From Phallusia mammillata (lineage: Eukaryota): a stretch of DNA of 64,000 nt. The DNA lies in contig OZ281498.1 of the NCBI GenBank assembly GCA_965637545.1, positions 20,956,001 to 21,020,000 on the forward strand, read 5' to 3'. Made by a program: the position numbers and the translations under genes. Of the stretch, positions 23,501 through 38,500 are shown piece after piece; the stretch's first letter is position 1; every line of letters begins with the position of its first letter. A model generated the notes under the pieces. That model made no database searches, was not told where the DNA came from, and worked only from the letters and a program-made list of their open reading frames with translations.

Positions 23501-26500
23501 TTCAAAAATCCAATAATTTAAAACTAATACTTTTTTCAAAATCCAATTAATTTAAACCATGAACTGTAAATAGAACACTTTTGCAACAAATTTTATGTGA
23601 CATATTTTGGACGTACAACATTATCGGCCGAAGTTGAAATTAATAACCGATCATTTTTATCCAGATCTAGGTATCCAAACCTACCGTTTATATCAGGATA
23701 GAAAACCAATAATATTTTTGTTCAACATTTCATCCCATGTTTTTGTCAAATTTAATAATACATGTGCATAATTTCATATCAATTTAGGGTTTGGCGGTGA
23801 AATGTCAGTCAAATACTTAGACTTGTTTTTTTAAAGCTTACCTTTTTCAACACACCATATAAGTTGATTATAAACATCACTCAGCAACGATTCGTACAAA
23901 ATGTCGTAGTACTGCGTGAATACGTCACAAATCGCAAACAATGCGTGGTTACAAGTGGTCGCAAACCAATCGGATTTCTCCACTTGCTGTTCAGGCATTT
24001 TCATTTGGTCAAATATTCTGCAACAAAACCGACATATTTAGCGCGAACTTTTAAAATAAAACCTCAAGATATGTCCGCAAGCCTAAAAATCGGGCCAAAC
24101 CCCCAAAGTACAAGTCTATAAGCAACAAAGTATGAAAATCCTGGATGATGTATTTTAGTTAGTATACCGGTTTTTAACATTTTACGGTTTTGGGGGACTG
24201 TGGGTAAACCACTAGGAATCTACTTAGGAAAACTAACTAATTTAATGTGTGTAAATTTGAATAAGTTTGAAGCACGCTTTCTTGACCAAACGCTTGTAAC
24301 AAACCAGACAAAAAAAACGGACAAGAACAAGGGACCCATATTGTGAGAATGGCAAGAAAGTAAGTGCTTGCTTTTAGACTGGTTCAGTGCAGATTCAACT
24401 GACCTGAAAATAATTTGGAAGAGGTCGTTCCACCAGTTGATGAGGAAAGTCGACCCGTGTGTTTTCATTATCTCAAACATCACAGTTAGACCTCTGCAAA
24501 AGTAAGCCATTGCAAATAAGCAATTCTTCTCCAATAAAGATCAATGTTTTATTCAAGAAATACGTTAAGAGTTTTGCACAAAAAACTTTGTTATTAAACA
24601 AGTTTTGAAAAGCAGAAATTAATTTTTTTGTGTTTTATGCTTAAAAGTAGCAGTAATCGTGCATACCACTTGAAAAAGCTTTCGATATATAGTAAGTATA
24701 TTAGGACCTTAAAATGCCAGTTACCTAGTTCGCACGTCAAGTTTACATCGACTTATGATGCACGAAAGCTCGAACAAGATAGGGAACCACCCACGAACCC
24801 AAACTTTTTCACCAGGTTTTGCACTCGACTGTTCATCACCAATCATGTCCTCAAACAACTGAAGAATGCAAGAATAAAGTGTTGTTGGCAGGCATATTTT
24901 TTTAACTTCGAAATCAGTAAAATATTTTTTTACCTCCTTCTTACGATAATATTCACTTTTTTAATGACCCCTATTTAAATGTTTGATTAAGTTCGCAATT
25001 TTAATGGTTGTCACACATTATTTTTAAATCCAGTTAAATACAGCGTGTTAGTGCTAATAGTTAACGCTATCTATGTAAAAAAAAACTTGCCTCTATGTAA
25101 AAACCGTAGTGCATGAGTAAGTTACAAAGCAATACTTCTAACATTTATCCAGGAGTAAAGAGATTTGGTAGTTTTGAAGGAGACTCGTAGTTACCTCAGG
25201 TTTTAATGCCACGTAATCAGCACATTGCCGAATCAAACGAATAGCCTCCATGCTTGTGTCGGGAAAAGCACAACACGAAAACTCACGCAGAGCGGAAACA
25301 GCGTCTTGGAAACAATGGATGATGGAACCAAAGAAAAACTGGAATGTTTCGTCTGTGAAAAAACATAACACATTTAGATCCAACTCAAGTAATATAACTT
25401 TTTCAAACACCCATAAAGTGTGTACACTTGGTGGTAAAACACAGAAACCAAGCTGGGTTTTGAACCAATAACCTAATGACTCCATATTTTTGTAGGTTTT
25501 TGAAGAGGCCTAAACTAGAAATATATTAGTAAACCAGGCCTATCAAAGGCGTACTATGATGTACGTGAAAGTGTGGCGTGATCGCTGGTCTGCATGAAGA
25601 GCTAATCCTAGAGTTTATGTTCATCTTTAGTAAACCAGAGATAGGCCTATATACACAGCATCGATTATGGCCGTTTTGGGAGCGTTTTTTTGCAGAGCAC
25701 TTACTGATGATGTTCGAAGTGGTTTGGAATGCAAGTTCCACAATGCTTTCATCTGGGTGGGAGGCAGCTATCGTGAATACGGTGAAAATATTTTTCCAAC
25801 CTGACTTGATATTCGGTGCCTGCAAAAAATGGTATGTTGTCTTTGAACTATCTTTGATTAAATTTTGTGGGTCGCTCCAAAAAATATTTGCGCAGTCATG
25901 ATATATCAATAGGGAAGGAGTGGACCAAGACATAAACTGCTTTGTATTCTTGGTAAGTGTTTATGCTGTGGAATCCCGATCCATTTTCTAACGACAAAAC
26001 TGGTAAAACTCTGTTTAAAAGAACACGGCAGATCGATTTAACGTCATACAGTGGCTCTTACCGTTCAAACGCATTAAAACAACAATCATTTTTTGTTCTT
26101 GGATACCCTTTCGAGCACTGGTTATATATCTTAGCAGGGCATGAATATGCAAATTTAATGCTCGGGTCAGTTTGTGCAGCTGCTTGACCAAGCTTTGAAA
26201 ACAGCGATACTAGGTACCGAGTACTCAGGTTCTGGCTCGGCTCGACCCATCCCTACCGATTAGTCCACCCAGAATAGACACACAATTTTAAGACACAAAA
26301 CAGCACAGTTTTCCCACCTGTGATGATACCATCTGAGCGATGCAGCGCACAACCATATCTTGTATCATGAGCGAATGGTTGTGCTTCATAATGTGCTCGA
26401 ACGGACGGAGGAAGTCCTTTTGGAAGCTGAAGCCGGGAAGTTCTCCCTTCTCGAGAAACTTCATGGACAACTGACGGAGGCTGTCGACAGCGAAGAAGGC

Positions 26501-29500
26501 TACACCTTCGTCATCGCTACACCCGACAGCGTTGAAATGGTCACCTGAGGGAGCAAAAGAGTAGTTTGTTTGTTTACCGTTGAGTTCAAACTATCAATTT
26601 TTTGTTTAAATTTTGTAAATTTTTTGAAAGGTGAAACTGTCGAAAAGTAAGAAATTGCTTTGTAAATATGTTGGCATGTTTTTACATTGTCAAAAAATCT
26701 TAACTTATGTTGTTGTTTTTTCAGTTTCTACAGTTTTTATGGTGTGATTGTTTTCCATTTTAATTAATAAGCTAGTAACTTAGTTCAAAACAAACCGAAA
26801 TGGTGGCATATTGTATCAAAATGTAAAGGTCGTAACATTGGCATAGTTTAGCCACTTTTACATGGTTAAAAAACCACACAATGAATGTCCTTAACATTTG
26901 ACAAAAACCTTTTTTTAATCTCCCAGTGGAAATTTGGAAACGCTTTTGTGCAATTGTAAAAAATAAACATTACATTAGCGTTTGGTGATGTGGTGGTAAC
27001 CCCAAAATATGTTGCGTTTTCAAACGATATAAAATTCTTAAAAGGATTAGAATACAAAATAATGTAATACTGACCTAGAATGGCCCAAATTCTGGACCAC
27101 TGGATTCTAATTCTTCCCATGTTGTAATAAGAAATCTCCACAATCTTCTGCAGTGAGAATTTACGAGGGTGAGACGGGTTGCAGAGTTCACTGAGGGAAA
27201 CCTTGCTCAGCCATTGCACAAAATCAACTGAAAAAAAAAATTGGGGTTTAAAACTAACAGTGACAATGTGAAACTAGAAGGGGGTCTTTCCTCTTTGCTG
27301 TCATTAAACGAAAACTATTATTGCAACGGACGTATATTTATGACACACAAGGGATTGTCTTGTATCGATCATGAAAGTAAGAAAAATCATTAAGTATTTA
27401 TATTTTTCAGCATGGTAGTGTTAACATGGAATTTAGGGACTGTTTGTCTATCCATAAGTAAGAAGTGGTCAATACTCAACTGCAGATGGTAGTTTACGTA
27501 ATTCAAGACTGTTTTTTCACCAAATTTTGTTTTGTTCGTGAACATCTTACCCATGAAGTTGGTACGCGAGGTCCTTTTTTATTGCACGCCAAACGATTTG
27601 CAATATGTTATTCAAGTACTGTTTGATAGTACAACAAATTCTACGTTGCCAGTTTTCAGTTTGTTATGCAGTTAAAGAGTCTCAAAAATCAAACCAGTGT
27701 ACTTTTTGATTTCTATTAAATTCAGAAGGTCAAACCACAATTACACAAAAAAAAACTGATACGCGAACCCATTATTAAGTAAATTGGCACGAGGGGCTCA
27801 TAACGTTGCCTGCCATATACAGTACACAGTACTTTGTCGCATGGTCTTACCAATAGCGTCTCCATCCAATCTTGTGGAGCCCGTAAATATCCTATCAACG
27901 GCAACCACGATGCTCTGTGAACTCGTTTCTCCCATGGACTCTTGTATCGTCGCCAATTTCTTTTGCTCCATTCCAAACGTTTTGGTCAGAACTGAAAATG
28001 TTGTCGTTAAATGCACAACTTTAAAGGGTGGAAAATGGGGGACCAAATGTTATATTGGTGTTACGAGTAAAAAACGTCATTAAAACGCCTGTTCTTAACC
28101 TAATGATTGGATATTGTACAGCAGCGGTTTCCAACGTTTTGTGGATTTTTACTCTACTTGAGTAACGCCAATTGTCCCCTGCTCATCAAAACAGTCCAGG
28201 AGTGAATACAGGATGTATTTTACAATTATATTTTTTTGAAAGATGTTACAATTTTTCGTGCAAAACTATACAAACTAACCATAATACCCACATTGGCCGC
28301 AACAGTGCTTGAACAACCCAAGGTGGCTATAATGGATAATGGACAAGAGGCTTCACTGTTTTTTGTTGTTTTGGTTTTAGTAAGCCAACACTCATGGTGG
28401 GACATTGGCCCCGGTTGAGAACCGCGCAACAATAGGTTAAGTGTGTGTAAAGCAGAGTTGTATGCAGACCTTAAATTACGACTCGAACTGAAAAGATCAA
28501 GCCCGAACATGCTTTTTTAGGTTGGTGAAATTATGGGACAAATAATGGCGAGTGAAGATTTATGCCCGAATCAAGCCTGTCTGATTCAAGTTCAAGCCAG
28601 AAACCAAACATGCCTGAAAATCCCTAGCTCAGAACTCTGTTTTAAAGTCTCCTGGTTGGTTTTTTAGCAAATCTCGGTTTGTCCTGACTTGTTTGGACCA
28701 AACAAATTGTACAAGTTAGGCCAAGATCCGGATTAACCGATGGGTATATGTACCTCAAGTTTTGTCCGAATTAGGCAATTTAGTCGAATCCGGTTTAACC
28801 CAGGAACTGTACTATACACCAAACCAGTTACGATTTTAATACAATTGTTGTTAAACGATGCGGCTTTCGTCTTTAAGTTGGCAGTTTGGTTGGTATTCCC
28901 TGTTAAGACAATGTTTAAACTTGCCCATTATTTTCACATACTTGGGTTATTGTCGATCATGGCGGCCGATCGCTTCATTGCTACTGTCGCTTGATCTTTT
29001 ACGCCGGAACCGATAAGTTGAAGCAATTCCAAGTGAGAAATACACTTTAATATCTATTCAACAAAGGAAAACGGGTTAAGTGCAGCATATGGCATGAACA
29101 AAACCAGAACTATACAGTAAGTTTGAAAATGAATAACACCCTATGTAAAACTGAGCGAAACGTAGTACAAAAATGGCAGTTACCAGTTATTGCTAAAATT
29201 TAAACGCGAGAAAAGTGGGAAATCCGAACTAAGGTACTTATGACTTTGTAGTTTGTACTACTACTAAACAAACTAAACCATAAACTGACCTCGTGCCAGG
29301 ATTCCTGCAAATAATTTCCATCTGTGTAAGCGATGGAAATCAAGGTTTTGATCGATTCAATATTTTTCCACTTCAGTTCACGAATTCCAGCAGTGGCTTG
29401 CAGTAGCGAAAATCGGGACAAGGCTTGAATAAAAGTGTCTCTTTCCAACTGGAAAACAACCAAATTTGTTGGGTAAGTTTGGGAATATGCGCCAAAACTA

Positions 29501-32500
29501 CTACAAGTGCGTTCAAGACATTGTGACGCAGAAAATATATGACGTAACAATATATGTGACGATTGACGCAGCAAGTATATGACGTAACAATATTTGTGAA
29601 GCCTTAATATCGTTGCAACTATTGTCAAACATGGGTTTGGGCGGAAAATCTAGATTGGATACCAAGCACGTTGTGTTCTGATTATGTGCTATGAGATATA
29701 TATATACACAGTTTATATAATTTAAGATAAATAATTATCATTTACGTGCTTTTACACAAACGTGCATGTTACTTTGATTTTGAAAAAAATATAAATTGTC
29801 TGCGGACAAAAAGTTTCAGAAAAAGGCAATTCCATTATCATTAGGGATGCGCCGAGCCGAGCCAGAACCCGAGTACTTGGTACCGAGCATCGCTGTTTTT
29901 GATGCTCGGTGCTCGGCCGAGCAGTTGCGCAAACTGACCCGAGCATTAAATTTGCATATTCATGCCCTGCTAACATAAGTAACTAGTGTTCGAAAGGGTG
30001 TCTATGAACAAAAACAAATGATTTTTCAAATGTATTAGATTGTGGAAAAACGTGTACTTCTGAGGCCTGTACAGCTTAATACACCGCTGGTGACGTAAGA
30101 GGCCTTGTAGAGCTAAAACGTAGAAAGGGGATTTTTTGTGACGTCATAATGCACCGAGCATTAACGTGAGATGCTCGGTGCTCGACCAAACAGAACATTT
30201 GCAATTTTGGCACATCCCTAATTATCATAGATTTTTATTAGCTTTACTGCAATTACTCACAGTTCAGCTTTGGGTAAAAATTTATGACCAAAAGGAAGAA
30301 AATATTAAAACAGTATGTGCAGCCTTTATGAAAGAAAACTTTTCATGTCATAATAAATGTCACAATACTTACAGATAAGCCGAATATGCAGGCTATTCTG
30401 ACGGCATACTTCATTCCATTAAGACACAAAGTTGTTACTTCTTTGTCTTCAAAATCTTGCAATCCCATTGAAAATGCTACCATGATCGATCTCCAACACA
30501 ACTAAAGATAAGTTAGAGTTAAAAATAGGTATCAAAGTATTTAGTTGTGCCGAAAACACTGCAATTAACATACGAATGTATCGTTATGGTTGGTCCAAAT
30601 TGTTAACAGGCCCAAAATTGGGGCCCGAATTCGCTTTTTTGAAACAAAGCCCACATTAGCGAAGAAAGTTGGTGACATTGATGCTGAGTATGAAGTCAGG
30701 CCTATATCAAGCCTGTTTTATTCAAAGTAAGGGCCAAACCCAGGCCAAAAGTCTGGCTTGACTTGGCCGGGTTTGCAACCACATCGTTGCTACAGACCGA
30801 TGTGCTATGTATAATTAGTACCCAGTTTAAGTCATCAACTGCCTATAAAACGTTACTGCGTGAAAATCAAAATGTCGCCTCTTAATTGAAAAGGAAACCA
30901 TAAACGCCAAACGGTTTGCTCAAAGATATTTCCGTTGATTTGAAAGCCAAATTAAATTTAGAATCCAATAGAATCCAAATTTTCACACTTAAATTTTCGC
31001 ATAATTCCCTCAATTTCCTTACTCGGTTGCTTATGCTTTTTTACGCACTTAATGGGCAATCAGTTTTGTTAAATTCTCACAAAAATAGGTATATCCAGTG
31101 GTGGGATTCAGCCGGTTCTCTATTATCTTTATGAGATAAGCGAACCGGTTAGCGTTAATGGTTACTGTCAACGAAAATATGACTTTTTGTAACAGAGCTG
31201 GCTGAAAAAAAATTCAATCTCACCACTGGGTATATAATGTTTTATGATCATGTGTAGTACCTTGAACATAGGTCTGACATGTTCGTAGTGTGTTGTGCTG
31301 ATGAACTCAACTTCAACATGGCTTGCTGCTTCCATGAGGGCCTTCGCTGTGGTTGCCATGTCCTGCATGTCCCGCATGCGTTGTGAAGCTGATGCTGTAC
31401 CTGTTATGTTGGGAATAGTTGTTTATTTGCAAGAAATTATAGTACATTGCATGTTTGTGTAAAGAAAAATACTGTCCTTCAACACGAAGAGTATTTTTTA
31501 AGCTGAAAAGAATTTCCAAAAAAATAATGTATTTATCCGAAATGGTATCAGCCGTTTTGTTCATAAAATGTAGTTTGTCAAAGCTTATGCCAGCAATTCC
31601 CTTGCGCTATAAAGCATTATGTAATGTATTTAATAACCACATTGCACACAAAGATACACTAAAGGCACAAACATACACATGTTCTACAGCTACTGTTAAA
31701 CTATATAACGCCATGATATTTTAAACTGTGTACGCTTTCATATTTGACTTGGACCACAATTGTTCGTCTAGGCTGCGGTGGGATTCGAACCCACGACAGG
31801 AGTCTTTCCGGGACTCGCGCTTTGCCAACTGAGCTACACAGCCTTAGCAAGCACTGTTAGCTAAAACACTTAAACACACAATTATATTTTTTACCTTTGA
31901 TGTTTGTTGCTTTTGCTCCCGCCCTAGTTGATTTCAAAGTTATTTCCTTCTTCTTGATTTGATTATAAATATCTTCCAAATATTCAGGCGGCAAATCCTT
32001 ACTATCGTTGATTCCGCGGTTCATTCGTATGTAATCGTCCTTACTAATCTTTCTCTTCACCTGCGAACAAATGGATAAAACTTACTTTTTAAATTGCTGT
32101 TGTGTACTCGAAAGGTGAGGGTTCTAATCCCGGCTATGTGTTTTTTTTAATTTGGTTTTCACAGTAAATGGAAGGGATGTTTCAAATATGTTAGTTTAGG
32201 ATAGCAAAGACCATTGTAGGGGCAATATGACGTAATATATACTGACGGAAAGCAAAATAGTCGGTCATTTTTTGTCTGTTTACTAAATACAAAATGCGTT
32301 TATCTTGATTTATTCTCATTGGGACAAAATATTATGGCAAGTATTTGCAATAAACAAATTCTCAGGTAGCTTTTCCTCTATTTTGCTGTTAGTTCAAGTA
32401 CATATTAAAAAAACATGCTTTACAGTTATTTAACAAAGAGTTATATGGCTTACATTAAACAAGTGGTTTACCTGCGTGCTGTGTAGATCTGTAGTGAGCA

Positions 32501-35500
32501 TAATTATGCTGTAAGCCAATACATATGCCGCGTCAGCTGATGCAAACACTGTACCACTAGAAAAAAAAGTATTGCAGTTAATTAAAAAGGTAACAACCAT
32601 GGACTACCATAAGGCCAGTGAACGGTTTGCAGTTTCTGCTTAAAGATGGTAAAAATCGTCTTTTTAAGTGATCTACAAACTACTCAAATAACACAAACAA
32701 CATAAAAACTCTTTTGATGGTGAAATCCGCAGTGGTTTGCAATAAGAAAATACAGAGACTGATTTAAATGCACTGAAATTGTCAGAAGATATGTCAATAT
32801 CTGTAACTTTAATCACATGTTGAGCATCAGTGGGTCAGGACAATTTCAGTATTAGTACATCTTTAACAAACAACCTTATAACAAATACACGCTGTTTTTT
32901 TACCTTGGATTACAATCACAGTATCTTGAAGCGAATTTTTCCATCATACGATCAATCTTCTGCGCTTCGCCCGGAAGTCGAAAGCCCTCCAGGAATAGTC
33001 TCAAAGCAGACACAAAGTCGCTTGAGCCAAAGTCAAGAAGATCAACATACGCATACATAACCTCTTTGTTAATTCTGCAACAAAAAACAGCGTTTTTAGA
33101 GTAACTTTTTTGAATCAATACATTTAATTTAATAAGGAAAATAATTGCCCCAAAAGACGCTTCATTATTTAAACGTTTTGGCAAATGCTAATGCCATCAT
33201 CAGTGATATGAGGAGCCACATCAGTTACACCCGTTTATAACCGTTTGAGCAATTTTCAAAGGGCAATTTTCAGCTTTCGGACTGTCGCCTGATTGTCGAA
33301 AAATACAATAAAAAAACCGTTTGTGTCAAAAAGATTGATAAAACAGGTGCGAAAAATTTGATTAGGGTGTAAGCTTTTTTTGCCAGACAGGAATACCTTT
33401 TCAGTAAATTTGTAAAGCAAAATTTTGCATTTAACGGCAATAAAACATAAGCAAAAATTCCTTATAGTTGTTTTATTTTGTTATTTAAAAAAATAGTTTA
33501 TGGAAAAAAAACTATTTGTAAGCAAAAGTTGCTGACTGACTTTTCATTTTCACCGAGATAGTCTCCAACTTCTGAGGGCGATAAACGTGATTCTGACATT
33601 AAAAACTCTGCTATGTCTGTTGCCCCATGACCCAACATTCCTTGTGCTTGAAGAAATGAGATGCCCTTGGACGGTTTGCGATTAAACCTGTAACATAACA
33701 TCCATGCTGCATAAGATAACCAGGAGTACAACATAGAAAAACAGAGGCTCTTTGCAATTATTTATTTATTTAATACATAAAGCACAAATGAATGATAAAA
33801 AATGTCAAAACTTAACAAGGTTATAGCACATGCATTAAGACTGGGTTATTGCTACATTAAGTGGTGTACAAGCAACCTACTTCAAACACAAAAAACAAGA
33901 CTTACATATTAATGCCCTGCTCTAGTATGTCCTTCTGTTGTTTCACCACTTCCAAGGCTTCAGGATTGTCTGCAGGACCTCCAGTGGTGCTGTTGAGCGT
34001 TTGTTCAGATGAGTCGGAATTTAGTGAAGTGTGGCTTCCCATGTTTGACTGTGATGAGGTTATCGAGAGGTTCCCCACATGCCCACTTTCAGGTAAATGT
34101 TCTTTGCCTAACAACAAACAAGAATTGATAAAAGGAAAGCTAAAAATCAAGAAATGGCTAAAGCTATAATCAATACATTTTTTATTAAGAATAACTGACC
34201 TAAATGCGCACATTTTCAACGGTTTTGGCAAAAAAACATTAATGTATAGCCTGGAATAATTTTACACTTTATCGCAAGGGCCAGTAAGTTAGAACTGAGC
34301 CAACCCATGGCCTTGAAAAAGCTGTATTCATGCAACAATAAATGATTTATATCACAAAAACTGCAAAAATTAGCTTTAAAAAAGGTTTAGTATCCTTTCT
34401 TTGTTGTGTTTGTGGTTAATACCAAGTTACAAAACATTGGTTCTAGACAACAAATAAAACTTGGTTCTAGACAACAAATAAAAAGAATTGAATCAAGCCA
34501 TTGGGTAAAAATCGAGTACTTTTTCCTTCTTTACATACATAGTTACCACAAAAACTAAAACCTTGCTGCAGAACTTACCGAGGTGCGACATAGAGTGGGG
34601 GTTAAGGTAAAGATCTTTTGTCCATTCCACCATACATCGCAAAATCATACCAAGACATTCAAGACTCTTCTTACGGATTGCTTGTTCCTAAAAAAACAAT
34701 AATTTTATTGGTGCCGTATCAGTGACAAAATTTAGATTTAAAACACTGTTTCTTCAATAAAGAAGTGTCTGCTTGTAATGTAATTAAACAGTGCAATTTT
34801 AATGAAATTCATTAATACAATTTTAACAAGAGTCAATGACAATTTTCAAACTATATAAACACTCCTTAAACACATCAAAAATACGAAAAACATCAACAAA
34901 TGCATCTTCAGGGGCTCCTCTAAAATGTGCAATCTATGCAATTCGCTTGTAAAATGTACGAAACTTTTGGAAATTTTGAGGGTTAGAGCTATTAGGGTCA
35001 GGGTGAGGGTTTGTATAAATATTAGTCTAAAAAGGGACAGATAAGAAACTATGATGTTATTGTACATACAAACCTAACCCTTATAGCTCTGTTACATTTT
35101 CACATGCTACATTTTCACATGTTTTATTATTAGATTGCGTTTGCCTAGCTTCCATATTTTAGAGTAGCCCTCTTCAAATATATTTACTATTTACCTGTGG
35201 TGGTGTCAACCCAGTATGTGAATGAGTGACTTGGGCTAGCTTTGAAAGCAGAGATACAAGTTGGTGAAAAATATTTGCAGCGTTAATATCACAGTCGTAG
35301 TTGACGTAAATGTCGACCATTGACTGTGCATCTGAACAAATTTTTGACAACGATTCAAGGGCCATCCATTTATGACTAAAAGATGATGAAGTAGACTCAA
35401 GAATGTTGAGAAAAATCTCCTTGAAGAAAACCTGTTGGAAATATGTTGCATTGAATTATATAATATACATACCAGCAAGTCATCAAATTGAGATAAAGAA

Positions 35501-38500
35501 AAAGCATTTTAAAGAAACTTTTATTTTTTTAAGTGTAATTTGTCTTTGCTATGTGTTGAGTACTTATAATTTTTTTTTAAAATTTTGCTTTAATAATAAC
35601 AACAGTGTTGAACGGTTGCATGTATGCCCTGTTTACATGTCTTTCAGTATGTTTTGTTTCTTCTTAGGCTATTTTAAACTCTTCTAGTGTTGCTAACGTA
35701 ATATTAGAAAAGAAATAGTCAAAAGACGAGATAAAAAAGAGATATTTATATAACAGGTGTAGCATAAATCAGTGCCAGTGATTATGTTAAACACCAATAT
35801 TATTTTCTACCTATGAATATATCATCGAGAAAGTTTTCTTTTTATCTTAAAATGGTGTAAAATTAGCTCAATCTTGTATTTTATCGCACAAAATTTGCAG
35901 AATAATACCTGGACTTGCATCTTGAGATGAGTTTTAAAATTTGCTAAAAGTTTGACAAAAATTTCCAGCGACAGATGAAATACTTCAGGGACTGTTGACA
36001 CCCCGTTCTTGCTCAAAGCAACACATAAATACTAAAACAAAAAACAACAATTAAACCTACATCGCAAACAAACAAAAGTAAAAGTGTTTTGGGGTATGAC
36101 ATGAAATACACAACAGCAAATAAAGACCAACTGTTCAACAATTGTACCATTGCAAATGTGCTACATATATACGTTTGTTTATTGGCATGATGTTGTCAGT
36201 TTAATCCTTGTAAAAACATTGCTTTTAATGTACAGCTGTATTTTCTAGCCTGTGCTTTGCCATGTGGGAATGCTTAACCAGCTGATTCTGTATGGTTAAG
36301 AAATAAGTATTCCATGATTGCTGGTCGGCATGAACGCTTTAGAGCTGATTCCGTGTGTGTGTATGTTTAGCTTTTAATTTACCCAATACTTATATAAGTT
36401 TAACCATTTGACTTACACCTAAATACACAACAAACCACACACAAAAATTATTACATTGCATCTAGGAAAAAAATGTATCACACAAATTTAGAAGATGTTA
36501 TTTGAAGGCAAAAAGGGTACCAAAAGTGGAGACACGGTTCATACTTAACCATACAAATCTTACCTGTTTTATAGCATTAATAAACATTTCATTATTTCTG
36601 AAAACAGGACCAGCAGTTTCAAGAATCGACAACAAAAGATGAAGGGAAAGTATCTTTGATCTCAGCTCATGGGATCTATTATACATCAAAATTTACCAGC
36701 AATCAACTAGACCACAGTTAAAAAACCATACCTTGGATCCGGGGGACCTTCTGACAATAACTTCATACTAAGTTTGCAAAAACTCCTAAACAGAGAAAAG
36801 GTTTTTTTAGTCATTTTTACATCTAATGTGTTTGCTTTGGAGAGGTAGTAGGGAGAGAACATTTTAATCAATTTTGAACTAAATTATAAACTGTGGCCTA
36901 TTGGTTAAAAAATACTCTGGACATGCAAAAGCTCTAGTTGTTAACAAAAAAAGCTTAATAAATTTAATATGCACCTAGCCAGAATTATCAATAATTTAAC
37001 CCAAATTTTCACATAATTTCTCAAAATACATTTAACATTACTCATCTTTACATGTGATTGTCAGCTCATAATTTGAACATTATTAAGCAAATAATTCCTA
37101 TTCAATGAAATATAACATCCAGGAACATGTCAAATTGTTGCTGTATTTAGGAAAAGAATCCCAAATCGAAAATCTTACCTAAACACAAGAAAAGCATCTT
37201 TTTGTAAGATATGGGAAAAGTTGATATTTCGACGTAGCAGGTCATCACCTGCAACAGAAGTTGACACTGAACTGATGGAGGTATTTCTTGACAAAATGTT
37301 TTCTGAAAAAAAATCACTGTGTGAACTTGGCACATCTTATAAAAAATATAACCTTACAACAATATTTGCAGCAGTTTGTTGCAATACAATTGCATTTACC
37401 TCGTTTTTCTGGGTCTTGCTCTGCTTCACTTTGGGCAACAACTAAGTCGATCATATCTGTTAAAATTTCCTCCACTGCCAAATCTGTGGAGTCACCATCC
37501 ACTGACTCAGCAATTCCATTCACACCTGGTAAATGATTTTGTTAACAAACTGAGGTGCTCTTGTCCACAAGTGTGAGAAAACTTATTTTATAGTTTGCAT
37601 CTGTTTAAAAATGAGTGTGTTTTTTATTTCCGCCCAAAAACTTAGGATATTACAGACCTTAATTAAAACAAATCTGGCAGTTTGAAGTTTTGGGGAATTT
37701 TTTTCAGTGTCACTGTAAGCTATTCCTTGTATATATATACTGTATTGGATATTTCATAACAAACAGCTTGAAATCCATTAAAATTTTCACTACAATTGGC
37801 ACCTTATTCAATTTCAATGTCAAAATCTCAAATAAAACCAAATTATTTGAACTGTACATAAGCTATTGCTGCCAGGCATAATATTAAGTTTGTCGAGCTG
37901 TAATCACATTTGTCAGAAAAGCTCTACAAACTTGATATTTGAACTGTATTAAAAAAATGTTGCATTTTAAAATTACCTACAACTCTTATCTATAGAGCAA
38001 AAAATTATACTTTTAGCAATAAAAACTTACTTTGGAAATTTCCGAAGTTTCCATCTTCAGACTCAGTTGCCGTGTTTTCAACTGATGACGCAACAAGGCC
38101 GGCATCTCCATTTGTGTCGGCAACCATTTTTCTGTGATGTCGATCGCTCTCTGGTGCCTCATCTGGCCAAAATAAATAATAATAAATATTTTTGGAAAAA
38201 AGTTATTATGTCATTAAATACCTTGCTCGAGAATTCCATTCTGTTCAATAGTTGGGATTTTGTTCTTGAAAAAAAATACATAATTTTAGTATGTGTTACT
38301 GTCAAAATAGGCTAATTTCAAACTATATCAAGATGACCATGGCACAACAAACAATCTTATCAGTAAATATTTTGCCAAGTGCCCCCAAAAATTCCTATGT
38401 AGCAAAATGGGCCTATTAGTAACTTTATTTGTCATTAAATATTTTGTTGCTGCCAGGTTTTTTGTGAACTTTCTTCTTGCTTAATCAGCTATTGCATATA

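Noticed and set aside
31771-31843. Functional tRNA-Ser(GGA)
   Set aside because: C33, a short variable arm and an extra base before the anticodon stem argue against it, and it is homologous to a SINE head at 10205.
34898-34930. Possible extra ARFGEF exon (EEPLKMHLL...)
   Set aside because: Exons 14 and 15 already join in frame and match the family sequence, and this stretch is the end of a MITE.
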